Assembly (NCBI GenBank): GCA_046563655.1
Contig: CM102287.1
Coordinates: 7,316,001 to 7,380,000, forward strand
DNA: 64,000 nt
Source: Yuukianura sp. NJ FZ-2021
Taxonomy: Eukaryota
Reading direction: 5' to 3'
Below, one piece after another: positions 11,786-24,667 of the stretch (position 1 is the stretch's first letter; each line of letters begins with the position of its first letter). The translations under genes were made by a program, and so were the position numbers. The notes beneath the pieces are model-generated. The model made no database searches, was not told the DNA's origin, and was given only the letters and a program-made list of their open reading frames with translations.

Positions 11786-14273
11786 ATGAGCGTCAACGAA
11801 GAGTCTGAACCAAAATCGCTGGATTCCGGCACTCGAAAAGAATCATTTAGCATACGAAGCAGTAAAGGGGTGAGGAACAATTTTTAAATCAATTTTGAAC
11901 AAAAAAAACTGTATTAATTTGAAACGTAGACTTTAAAACTACCAAATTAGCATTGTGAGTTTCAACAAACTTTTGTTGAGTTGAGGTACTGAAATTCTTT
12001 TTAAAAAATTCAAAATTCTTTCAGAACGTAGAAATTATTGAATCTTTCGACGATCTGTTGGATTTCGTTGGATCTGAAGGACGATACCAAAAATGGATCC
12101 TGTATGGCTGCGTTACTCCACTGACATTTGTACTGGCAGCAGTTTCGTATGCTACTGTCTACACACTTTATATTCCACCACACTTCTGTAGTCCTGGAAC
12201 GGAAATGACAGCGCAGGAGCTGGAAGAATGGAAGAAAATATACATTCCTACGTAAGTTACTTAATGCACTAAAAATATTAAAGTATCCACTTAAAAATTA
12301 ACGTTTACCGTTCATAGCGACGTTGGGTCCGGCAATGTTACAAGTTACGACAGTTGTAGCATGTACACTTCAAATAACACTGACGTAGAGCGACCGGAAG
12401 TGGCATGTCAGAACGGTTGGATTTACGACAAAGAATACCTCGATAGCACAATTGTTACACAAAACGATTGGGTCTGTGACCGCGATTTTTATGCAACAAC
12501 TGTCTACATGACAGCATCAGCCGGATTTCTAGTTGGCAACATCGTATTCGGCCAATTGACTGACAAGTATTAAGAAAAACCTAACGTACTTAAGTACGTT
12601 TTAGGATTTTACATTACTTTTACTGTGTACAGGTTCGGAAGACGACCGATCTTGTGCGTGTCCTTGATACTTTACGTCGTTTTTATCACCGTTGCTCCGT
12701 TTCTCACGCACATGTACGAACTATATCTTGTAATTACGTTCATCGCAAACGCTGGATTTCCAATGGTCCAGAACCTTCCGTTTCTTCTCATGGCAGAATT
12801 ATCTAACAGCGGTAAGAAATTACTATCTTTTTCAATACGTTTCAAAACGTTTTTATACTCAATCAGAATCGTTTTCGGAAAACTGGAGGCTAACTTTAAA
12901 TGAAATCCAGAAATAATCAACATTTTGCTTTTCAGATTATCGCGCTTGGACATACACTGTCAATTGGGTAGCTTGGGTAGCTGGAATGGCCGCCCTTCCG
13001 TAAGTCATGAAGAAATTGAAAAAAAAAATAAGCTTTTCATATTAGTAATTTTGAATATTTCTGAAAAATTGCATTTTTTTCAAAAAGTTTGTTACCTTTG
13101 TTTCCACAGGGGAGTCGCATATTTTGCTCGGGATTGGTTCGTCTTGATCATGTGCCTGTCAGTTCCTGGATTTGGTTTATTTTTTCTACTTCCGTTTATG
13201 CCGGAGTCTCCACGGTGGCTTATTACTCGCGGTCGTATCCAAGATGCTGCAAACATTATGATGCGAATTGCAAAGGTCAATGGTCGAGGTCACATCGTCG
13301 ATCCAGATCAAATTGAAATCACGTTAACAAAGTTGTCAGTGAGGGAACTCGATGAGCAAAGTAAAATGCTTGGCTTTTGGAGCTTGTTCAGTACCAAAAG
13401 GATGGCCAAAATCACTTGCTGCATCGCAGTTGCAAGGTGAGCCTAGATAAAAAAAAATGAAAAAAAGTGATTTTTATAACTGAAATCGCTTATGCTTGTT
13501 TTATTTGAAAACCTAACCAGGGCATCAGCGTCTATGGTTTCGGAACAGCTTTCGCTGAGTACTCCGTACATGAGCGGTGATCCGTTCCTGAACTACTTTA
13601 TCATTGCAGTTGTCCAGTTGCCTGGAACAGTTTTGGCGGGAGCCCTTGTGGATCGAACTGGACGAAGATGGTTGCCAGTATTCTCCGGAATTCTATTGGC
13701 AGTAGCATGTTTCGTCGTAGCATTTCTACCAGAAAACATGGAAACAATACGAATTGGAGGAAACATATTATCAAAGTAATTGACAATTATTGTTTTTAGG
13801 CTAAAATATAATGTTAAACGTACGTTCTTTGGTGTTCATAGTTTCATAGTGTCCGTAATACTTTACGTCGTGTACGTCCAACAAGCAGAGCTGTTTCCAA
13901 CGCCATTGCGAGCCACTGGAGGCGCCTTGTGCACCACGACTTCATCCGCTGCTGCTCTTCTGAATCCAAATATCGTCTATTTGGTAAGCCCTAGAAGTAA
14001 TTAGAGTAATTAATCAAAGTTAGTTAATTTTTATCCAATTTAACTTTATGTTTCCACTGACCTGTGTAGAGGAAGTATTATTATGGAGCTCCATACTTGG
14101 CCATGGCGGTGATCTGTATCGTTGGAAGTGTCGTTGCCTCATTCTTGCCGGAAACTATGGGACACAATTTACCGGAAACTATTGAAGACGTAACTAATTT
14201 CGGAAAAGGAGACAAATACTGGGCGTTCCGTTCCAAACATCAGAAGAAACACCATAACCAAGAAATTAGTTGA
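11786..14273 (+). CDS. SLC22 / organic cation transporter-like MFS protein
   Basis: Motifs FDDLLDFVGSEGRYQ, C-x-x-GW-x-YD...STIVTQNDWVCD, D(K)FGRRP, PESPRWL, DRTGRR, AELFPTPLRATG and LPET...LPETIED; multi-exon. Confidence 0.9.
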
Positions 14274-14814
14274 CAATTGCCACCTACGCATGCCAATGGC
14301 CGAAGTTATGGGTCATGCACATGTGAAAGTGAAACACATTAGGCATTCGCAATTCGCAAAGCTAACAAGAATTCTGAAACATAACCTGAATTTAACTCTA
14401 ACCATAACGTTAATCCTCCAAAACCTTAACCCCTAAACACTAATTCGCTTGCGACCTTACAACTTGTATCAAAAATTGTTCCGTTAATTGTACAGATAAT
14501 TACGAATTGTTTTAAACACTTGAAAAAACCTAATCTCCGGATTATGGAATAACCCCTCGTATAACCGGTTAATCTCTTTTTCCAAATTTAATTTGTTATG
14601 TTTAGTAAGGTTTAACGTAAACAACTTGACATTTCGTGTAGCAATCACAATCAAGCATACGGGTTACGCGAAACTCTAAGTGAATGGAATGTGTTTCTAC
14701 AAATAGCCAACTGAAACGTTCGTTCTAGTCATTCTATGTCGCTAATTACCAAAAATAAATTACTTCCAAATCCAATCAGAACTTATGATAAACTATGTTT
14801 AGATTCGTCAATTG

Positions 14815-17800
14815 TCAATTAGTTGGTGCTGACTTATGAAATAGAAATCTATCAGCGAACGCTGGTGTATCACATTGGAGTGTTTTATAGTCTTTGGTCC
14901 AGGAGAGCGTAAAATTAAAGTCTTTGGCAAACCACTCATCGGAAAACTGTTGATTGAGTCTCGAGTAAAAGTTCTGGATGTCAAATCTCTCAGATGGAAT
15001 CAGCTGTGTTATAAGTTCAGGAAATTTCTGGAGCCATTTTAAAGAAAAGTAGAATGACAAACTTCTTCCAGGAGTTGGTGATCCAAATATTAAATCCAAG
15101 TCTGGCGTTTCATTGAATCCTTGATCTTGAATCCTACTTTTAGTCGTATCGGATGGCTCGGACTCAGCACTCCACGAATGTTTTTTCCGTAGTTTCTTGG
15201 AAACGTTTGGACCAATCGGAACTTCATTGATTTCAAACTTTTGAATCAGCTTTTCAAGGGCTTTGACTTCATCGCTCAAGGTCACTTGAGACTGGCCGTC
15301 TGCATTTGAAGCCGTGCCTACTGATGGTGTCTTTAATATTTTCAGTGACTTTTCCTTGTCGTCAGTTCCAACAAACTTAATACTTGGCGAATAGTCGACT
15401 CCAGTTTTCTTTTGTTCTTCCAATAACTTGTCCAGTAGTTTTTCCAAAGTTGTCATTTTATCCACCAGAGTTCCGGTTAGTTTCACTTCACCAGGTCTTG
15501 GAGCAGGACATGTTTGAGATGAAGGTTGCATGAGTTGCATAAACGACGACTTGTCACGTTGGCAATAAGATGATGATGTGGTAACTGTCCCTGTTGTGGC
15601 ATCGTCAAATGTAACTTGCAGATCAAGATCTATTCCGTCAAGTATACTGGAAACAATAGCCTGATTTGAAGGTTTGACTCTTATTTGTTGACCAGTTTGG
15701 ATCAGCTGTGGCGGTGAATCTTTCATAGGCGATATTTGGGTAACCGTGGCAGTACCTATGGAATTCGCCTCTTTCGCAACTACTGTCTCTGAAGATGAAG
15801 ACACTGAAGCGTCTTCTGTTTTCCGTAACTTTGCAGCTTTTCCACGCCCATGAAATTTTGGTGACGACCGGATTTCATCAATAATGGTGACTTCATCACG
15901 AAGTTCTTGTTCCGTGACTCCAGTGCAACAGTGAAGAGCTGACGGATCAATTGGATGTGCTTCGGTATTAAAAATATATCCACCAGCATAGACGGTGCAC
16001 TGACCTAAAGGATTTTCAATTACTGTGTATTCGTCTCCGTCATTGTGAATGAAGTTGGTAGGATCAAAGAGGAGATACAAGTATTTGATTGTTTCTGCCA
16101 AGAAAAACGACTCCATTCTGTCTTCCAGTGTAAGTGACGTAACGTCTCGGACCTAGAAAACATAGTGCTTGTGAATACAAAAGTTTGGCCAGCAATAATT
16201 TTAACGGAACTGCTTGTGTCTTACCGTGGCAAATCCGCAATCAGTTTTCATTGTGGTTTTAATGCTTCGTAAGATGTCTTCACCGATTTCGAGCATATAG
16301 GGATCTCCAGTAGCTCTGTACAAATACATCGCTGATTCCACAAGCTCTGGCCTCAGAGGATATCCTTCTCGCATACTAGTCGACTTCCCCTGAGCAATAA
16401 ATCAAATTCATCAAATTACTGACGCATAGCCAATGAAAAGAGATTCAAGTACACCACGTTTACTTGTAAAATATTGTACAGTTCCGGCAGGGCTCCATAC
16501 TGCTTCCAAATTCGATGATAGTTGGCAATTGCTTTCAATGCCGGTCGAAATTTACCAACTAAAGACAGAAGTCCTGGCCAGTAGGATTCCAGGCTAAATT
16601 AATAGATTCAGAATTAAAGATTAACGCCGTTAGAAGCGTAACAAAAATGACACGAAAACTCAGAAAAAACAGAAAGACGCCGGAAACGGGAAAATTGATA
16701 CCTTTGAAAAGTGGCAGTTGAAACATGGCCGTGGCCCATCGTGGCCCAGACATACCACCCACCTTTCCCAAGATGCTTCTCGATTGCGTCAAAACTCACT
16801 TTGAACATGTTCATTAGTTCCGGTCTTTGGAGTAGGATCCCGCCTTTGACTAAATACTCGAAGAACGAGTCCACACCAGCGCCGATTCCCGAGTCAACTG
16901 CAGTCCACTTACCCGTATCCGTGTCAATGTGATTTCCAAAAAGATTGAGTTTCGACCTCTTAGAATACAGTGAATGGACTGCCCGGAGAGCAACCTATTT
17001 CCAGGAAATCATAAATTCCTGATGAGAAATAACATTGAAGCAGTGATTTCGCTAAAAATGATTGATTTAGCTTTCACTTTCTTACTTTTTCGTAAAGTGG
17101 ATCACCGGTCAAGCGTGATAAGGCTCCGAACTCAACGAGAAAGGTTCCAACACCGGCAGTACATGTGACGGGAGTTTCTTTTGCTGGAACGCCGTATCTT
17201 AAGTTGACTGTTCCAAATGGCATACCGGTTTTGGTATCAAATGCAGGCAAAAGCTTGCGGGCAACTTTTTCTGCCAAGTGAAGCAGTGGACCGTTGCATG
17301 GCCAGCCTTTCTCCACGTCTATGCCTGCTCTGCAATATGGAAAATGTATTTCAGGGTAAACTAATTGCAATCTAAAAGGAAATTGTGAAAGAAAGCAACA
17401 GCCTGAATATCAGAATATTATTACCCTTACTTGTGGCTTAGCAAATGCGCACTGAGCAAACCACCAATTATCCTAATGTTTGTTTCAAACACGGAGACGT
17501 TGATATTCAAGTCAAACTGTGTGTTATCGATGATGAGCTGCGTCACTCTTCTGAATTCTGAATAATTTCCTAAAATTGCCAATGTATCCAAAGTGTCAAT
17601 AAGTGTCAGAGAGTAACTGAAATAGAAGTGGATAAGAAATACGTTATAAAATCAACTTACTTTCTCAATATTAAAACATAATCCACTGGTATCCCCATCA
17701 ATTTACCTTCCCCATGTGTCAAGTCCATCGCAGGACAGTGGGCGTAATTCATCAAACGGATAAGCATTCTGCATGTAAGAATCGTATGCATGGTAGAACA

Positions 17801-18013
17801 TGGATTTTACTTCGTCCCTGTAACAAAAATTCGCAAGAATATTTTAAATCGATTATCCAAAGGGAGGAAAACAAGCTAAAGCTACCTTAGGTTTGACAGC
17901 CTCTGGTGATCGTAAACACGACCAGCTGTCACAACACGATAAACACTTAGAGTGGAACATGTCGCCAACCACAGAAGCAGGATTTTGTATAAAGTCCAGT
18001 TAACAGTCATCAT
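14815..18013 (-). CDS. EDEM2: ER degradation-enhancing alpha-mannosidase-like protein 2 (GH47)
   Basis: Signal peptide followed by [65 protein letters not shown]...[49 protein letters not shown] and FNTEAHP. Confidence 0.9.
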
Positions 18014-18019
18014 AAATAA

Positions 18020-18708
18020 CACTAATAAATAGACGGTAGTAGAAGTTAGGCACAAAAAGGAATTGTCCTAAATACGGATGTATTTTCCTATTTTCATATC
18101 AAATCTGACAAATCAAACAAGAAAAATCGTTCGCGGTGGTGTCCGTATCGGTATTGGTATATCCCTGTTCTCTTTTACTTTTAATGATCACTTTATTATG
18201 ATATTCAGCATTTTCTGTGGAAAAGGGGGTACCCTCTCATTCGGGCGTGGCTAAATATCGGATATCGGACTCCTCGGATCTTACATGAGAGGGGTGCACT
18301 GTGCAGTCGTCCCTCGGACTTTTAATATGGACGCGGAAGGGGATATGTTTGGTTACCAAACAAAACCATTGAAGTTTGTAACCTCAAATAATCTGAATGA
18401 GGTCAATTGTCAGTTTGGGTCAAATTGTTGGACGGTAGACCGACTACTCAGGTGTGATTTTTAAAAATCCGCAGCGGAATCCGGTACTCGTACCATTCTT
18501 CCGAGAAATCCGAAATCCGACCTTTGGCCATACCCCAAAAAAGTATTTCAGAAGTTTGAATTTTTGAAAGTTTTTTGTTTCATTTTAAATTGTTTCTTTT
18601 TGATTTCCCACTCTTCTTGACTCTTGTTCTTTTAATTTCATTCCAGGTAACGTTCACAGTCATCCAACTCCGTTTGCCCTACAATTTTTTGGCCAAATCA
18701 GCTACAAA
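18020..18708. promoter_or_regulatory. Bidirectional promoter region EDEM2(-)/GLE1(+)
   Basis: Divergent start codons about 700 bp apart. Confidence 0.45.
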
Positions 18709-20821
18709 ATGGTCGGTGATTGCAAAATAAATACTTCCCCAAATCTACTGCAACCGCAGCCGGCCCCTTATACAGAGAGGTACTATTGAGTATCATCGTG
18801 TGCATTAAGAATCCAAATTGCTTTTCACAAGGACTGCTTTATTATTACAGAGTGTGAACCGTATAACCGATGATTGATAAGATAAACTTATTTAAGCGTT
18901 CTCTTATTTTATAGAATGTTTCTGAACCGACCACGACGCGGATATGGAATCCGAGATGTTGACGGCGAGTACAATGACTTGGCCGACATTGTGGCTTTAT
19001 TTACCCAATCACCAGTTCATGCCCATGTCAGCAAGCTGTTGGAAATAGCCGAATCAATGAAGTTAGCGAAAGCCGAGTCAGCAGCAATTGCTAAAGCTGA
19101 AGCCTGCGTCGAACAGGAACGTCAAGAACATCTTAAAAGTATCGCAAACCAGAAGATTTCCAACCTCCGTCTTGATGAAGAGTGGAATGCATTTCAACAA
19201 AGAGAAGAGGAGAAGACAGCAAACGTTTTTAAGCAATTAGAAGAACTACGCCGGAGACAAAAAATTGAAGGTGATTTATTGGACAAAGCCCTCTCGGCTG
19301 CTAAGGAAAATGTTTCATTTGAAAGAAGGGAACTTCAAGACGCGGAGCAAACGGCACTCGAACTTCAGAAGAAAGCTGCAGATGAAGCGTTGGAGAAACT
19401 AGCACTAGAAGAGCAAAAACGAAAAATAGAATTCGAAGAGGCACAGCGACGGGCACTTGTGGAAAAGCTTGAGAGGGAGGCTGTTGAAGAAAAGTTGAAA
19501 GCAGAGAAGGAAGCGCTTGAACTTCGAGCTAAACAGCAGGCAGAGATCCTGAATGCTGAAAAGGAAAGACTGGCAAAACTTGAAGAAAGTAGACTGCAAT
19601 CGAGACGCGTTCCGCCTAAAATTGGTTCTATTCCTTCAAATGACTCTCTTGTGCCTTCGGAGTTTCAAGGATGTATTCATTACGATGATCTTCGAAAATA
19701 TTCAAAATCACAAGACCTGTTAGAGCGAATTCAAGAACAGACGAAGCATATCACCAACACATCCAAATTTTACAGCAGTGCAATTAAAGTTGTGAATGCA
19801 CCACTGAACCAAATCACTGCGCAGACCCAAACTAAAATCAGTCACTTTACTGATCTCTTGGAAGGGAAGAACGTCAATGCTCCTGGCCTCTCTACACAAT
19901 TTTCAGTGACACGTAAATAATTTTTCCAAAGCTACAATTCTGTAATGTTATGTTTGTTATTCATTATGTTTAGTATGCTATACTTTTTATGTTTTAGTTG
20001 AAAAGAAGGGAGATCTCTTCGTCAAGAATCTACTGGCATTTCGCTTTGTGAAGAAAGCAGAAGCTGACATAAGTGAAAACAAGTTGAAAAGAGAAAACCT
20101 GAATTACTTGGCAGTCGTTGGCGTATCTCTGATCAAGAAATTTCCAGACCTAGGAGAATTAATTCAAGCCCACTTTTACAAGGCGTGTCCATTCCTAGTG
20201 CCTTTCAGTTATCCGAGAAACGGAATGGACATTGGAACGTATGCAGCAGCGATTGGTCATAAAATTAACATTGGCGACAGAGACAACAAGGCATTGGAGG
20301 CTTCCGTTACTCAAACACTGCTGGACAAGCTCTCTGGGTTAGCTTGTACTTTGATACTTTTTGTTAACATATTTCGAAATCATTCTAAATCAAACTGTTA
20401 TTTTTGCAGATATTGCATTCTGTATGGATTCATGGTCAGGAATATGTGCTCTCAGTCGATGACAGTGAAAGGGAAGCTACCAAATTCCTTTTTCTCTTTG
20501 AAAGAAGTTTGGAGAATTTTGGCTACAATCGTATCCTTGGGTAAGAGATTCTAGAAAAGGGATCTTGAACAAGCAAGAATTTTTGTTACTTTTGATTTGA
20601 TTTTTCTTATAGAACCGCAAGACGAAGTCACTGCTACAATATTACAAAGTCTTCTTGAAATTTTTAACGAACTGCTTGCGAAAAACTATGGAGCTCAGTT
20701 CAAGAAGATGCTGAAATATATACGGACTGTATATGTAGAAAAGATTCGTAGTGCCACTTCCAAAGGAAAAACTGGATCTCTATCAAGACTGGAATTACAA
20801 CTGGAAAAGTCGACAAAGTAA
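18709..20821 (+). CDS. GLE1: mRNA export factor / nucleoporin GLE1
   Basis: A long E/K/A coiled coil is followed by GLE1 domain motifs FPDLGELIQAHFYKACPFLVP and C-terminal YGAQFKKMLKYIRTVYVEKIRSATSKGKTGSLSRLELQLEK. The first exon 18709-18779 splices in frame. Confidence 0.85.
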
Positions 20822-21091
20822 CCACACCTTTAAAGATCCGTGACTTCGTTATGCATGACGCTGGACATCCATCTGAGCTGAAAACGAATCAGATAAGCCT
20901 AATCGTAATCAAAGTTATCTAAGGAATCCAACTACACTCTCCTTCGGTCTTCCATTCCTGAAGTACCATACTTGGATTTGTAATTCAGATGTGCATTTTT
21001 TATTCGTTGACGATCAGAGTAAATTTAGCATCTTTTTCAAATTTAAGTTGATGATGCGTGCAAATTATCTTGTTGCTTGTTTAGTTTCTTT

Positions 21092-21794
21092 TTAGTTTAG
21101 AGTCTTGCTCTGTGGTGGATCTTTTTTGATGAAGTTGAGCTTCTTGAAACAGAACTTGGTAAATTCCCAAAAGTTTGAGAAGATCTGAAACATAGCCTGC
21201 GCTCCATTCATCCCGATGCGAAGAATTGCCACCATTTGGACAGTTAACATGACCTGCTGGACTGAGTACACAACTTCGTTGTCGCTCCAAGTAGTTTTTC
21301 TGGTGCAGGTGACTGTCATGGTCGTGTTAATTCCTTTCCCAATGTCACCGTCAAATTCAAACGTACAACACAGCGTCCCGCACAGCAGAATCAGGGCGAT
21401 GAGATTTGCATAGACCCGGGCCTACATTTTTAAACAACGAAATAAGTGAACTAAATTGGATTTGTTAGTTAATTTTTGCAACTGTCTTTGAATTTCAGAT
21501 CCTTACGGTGTAAACATTGCAGGTTCTGTTTTGCGGGTGTGACAGGATAACATCGATGTCGAATTTGAGCATGGCAAGGAGGAGTAAGAGGAAGACGAAG
21601 AGGCGGGAGTTGTCGGTGGCAAGGTCAGTGAAAACTAAGAAGCAGCCAGCGATCTTGCCCAGCGCAGCAAATCCAAGCAACATTGCAAGCTCGTATACCT
21701 GGGGGTTCAATGATTACGTTAATATAACGCATTTTAAAACATTTCTATTTGGATTGAGACTTACAAAAGCCTGGTCTGCTGCTCCTAGGACCAT
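21092..21794 (-). CDS. Orphan multi-pass membrane protein, paralog 1 (3 exons)
   Basis: MVLGAADQAF|VYELAMLLG...TCNVYT|ARVYANLIALI...LRIGMNGAQAMFQIFSNFWEF...; canonical phase-0 GT-AG introns and several hydrophobic segments. Confidence 0.7.
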
Positions 21795-22302
21795 GGCTAC
21801 GATGAATCCAGTGGAGAGTACTGGCGACTTGACGAAAGCTCTGGAACTCGGAATTCCTAGAAGCGCAAGCGGAGATGCTTCTGCCTTCTTGTGCGTGTAC
21901 TTTTGAAATGACCTTTGAAAAACTGGAAAGCTAAGCCAAGCATCATCAAGTGAAAAACAACAAAGCATCTGCTCTTGTTTTCAATAAGGATTCGCGTTGT
22001 CATGATGACAATTTATTTACTTTTAGTAATCAATGTGAAATTAATTTTTATTATTTAGCAAACTTTTTTCTTGGACTAGTAAGCATCAATCTTAGTAGAT
22101 CAAACTTAAAAGCGTTCCAACAAAGATTCCAAATGACTTAAACTTGGATTTTATAAATCAGAATTGTTTTATTTTGACTTGTTTTTCGAGATCAGTAAGT
22201 GTTTCGAGTAAATTTTGGACAAAAATTCAAGTCATACTAGGTCATGCAATATTCGTAATCTTCTAATTTGGAATTTTCTCATTTGGTCCAGTTTTGGCTT
22301 GT

Positions 22303-22913
22303 TTAGGCGAAAGTCTCCCAGACGTTGGTGAAAATTGCGAACAGACCTTGCGCTCCAGTGATCATGACGCGGAAAACGGAGAGACTAAGAATGCTGATCA
22401 TCAAGTTGCCGAATAGAATCGCAACGGGATTTGAACCCCAGGAGCAATTGGCGGTCGTTGTGGACGTGTTCACTGAATGTTCGAAGCGACAGCTCTGGGC
22501 CAGATGAGCGGAGAAAGTCAGCATGACGACCAAGTTTGTAAAGAATCGCATCTATAATACCATCAAAAAGTCAAAAAAGTTGGATTTAATTTTGATTTTT
22601 TTTTATTTCAGATGCTTTTACACTGTACACCGACGCAGTTGTGTTCCGGGGATTGGCGAGGATCAGATCGATGTCCAGCTTGATCGTGGCCATGATGACC
22701 ACGAGGAACCAAATGGCAACCAATCCGACCAGGTCTGCAAGATCCAGAATGTAGCGAACCGTCATGTCGATGGTGGCAATGCCAACCAAAATTCCAAGTT
22801 CGTAAGCCTAAAAAAGGTCAAAAAATTGTTTATCATGCATTGAAGTTAAAGCTTTTTTAAGCATTTGGATTTGGATTGACGCTTACGCTGCACTGTACTG
22901 CTCCGGAGATCAT
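22303..22913 (-). CDS. Orphan multi-pass membrane protein, paralog 2 (3 exons)
   Basis: MISGAVQCS|AYELGILVG...KLDIDLILANPRNTTASVYS|MRFFTNLVVML...FRVMITGAQGLFAIFTNVWETFA*; aligns by eye to paralog 1 (KFDIDVILSHPQNRT). Confidence 0.72.
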
Positions 22914-24667
22914 TTTCGTTTCTGCGATCAATCAACTGGAAAGTACTGCCGACGTGATAGAAGTTCAGGAAAACGAAGTTTGATAAAGAGGGATGATGCT
23001 GGAGACGCTTCCGTCTTGTCTACTAAAGTGGCTTATTGACTTTTGAAAATCTGAAGAGTGCTATCGAGCGAGTCATCAATGGAAACAAAAACATAGCAAC
23101 GTTTTTTTCCGTAAGCATTCCCGTTGTCATAGCAATTAATTTGATAATTTTGATAACCAATTGGATAATTAGCGAAGATGTTTTTTTAAAGTCGCTCAGG
23201 TCCATGATTGTCTAAAAATAGACGATGAGAGTGATGCTGATGCTGACAGTGATGCTGATGTTGGCAGTAGTGCTGATGCTGCCACTGGTGCGAAGGGTAC
23301 TTCGAAACAAATGGTGAGTTTCAGATTTCAATTTTTTAGAAGATCTCCTCGAAGGGACGGAAGTTGGATTATCCGCTGTTCTTTTTGTGTAACTTCCGTT
23401 CTAAATTGTAGCCTAACCTTAGCATAACCTTAAAAAACTAATGAATCCTTGCAGTAATGAAGTCCATGTGGACCCTTAAGGGCTCCGAACTTAGAAAAAA
23501 GATTTGGAAAAACGCTTTGGATTTTATGGACTTTTTTGAAATTTTTTGTAGCTCCGTCTTCCGTTCGCTGGAAATGATTTAAAATGGATCTTATACCTAA
23601 GGATCATCCGTTTCCTGTGTCCTCGTGCCCCCTGTCACTGCAGATGATGACGAAGGGCAGCTGTTGAATGGAACTGTCTAAAGTCTAAGGGTCTTCCAAG
23701 GGAGCCCTTAAGAACAAAACCAAGCAGAGGGTGAACGTGAACCTTCCCATTGTTGGCTCACCCTCATTGTTGCTTCTTTGGACATTGTTCGGCTGGACCC
23801 TTAAGGACTTGTTGAGCACGAGCCAAGCCAGAAGCAACAGGCAGCATCCCTTAAGTCCTCCTCCAACTCTCAGCACATCTGCCACTTTCTTCTTCCAATT
23901 TTCAAAAACTGGATCTTAGAACAGCTTGGTTTTAATTTGAAACTTTCAAATTAAGGTCGGTCCACACTCCTCTTCCAGCAGCGTCTCGGAAACTGTGCTG
24001 GTAAAATAAGTTTCATTGCAGTATTGCTGATCAAACGAAAAACTAGCCTTAACCGAGCACTTTGGTTTAGGTTAGTTCAATTTTTAAGTGAGTTAGTTAG
24101 GTTTAGAATCAAAACAATAATAATTATTGTCTTCTTGGAACACAGAATCTACCATATTGGCCAAGCTTAGTATTTGTCATTGTCATAGGCGGGTGCATAT
24201 GAAACGGCGTCTTGTGTCTACACGACCCAATTGATTGCGGATTGTGATAACACTTCATCTTACAAACAACCACAATCACCTCACCACTTTGCAACTTTGA
24301 GATCGTATGTTAATTTTAGTAGTAGTTTGATATTGGAAAAAAAAATTTATTGCTTATCACCTCACCACTGCTGTTTGTGCTTATATTGTTTTTTTGTTTT
24401 ATCAATTCAGCAGACTTTTTAGATTTTGTGGGTTCGTCTTTCATCTGCCTTTCACACAGAACAAGGGAACATTAGAAATTCATTAGGAAATGGATTTAGC
24501 ATAACACATCTTCTCAACAATATCCTAACTTTGCAACTTCAACATTGGAAATTAGCGGCAAAAACTGCAAGCAAAAAGTTTCGGCTGGAAAACTTACTGA
24601 ATCAGTCGAACAAAGGACCTTGGAAAGAAAACAATAGACGTGGGAAAGAATTAACTCTAAATTATTG

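Noticed and set aside
14815..15900. Long low-complexity C-terminal region in EDEM2
   Set aside because: Variable disordered tails after the GH47 domain are expected in EDEMs, and no domain is evident.
16594..16701. EDEM2 intron starting GTATC as a possible U12 intron
   Set aside because: The donor reads GTATCAAT, not the GTATCCTT consensus.
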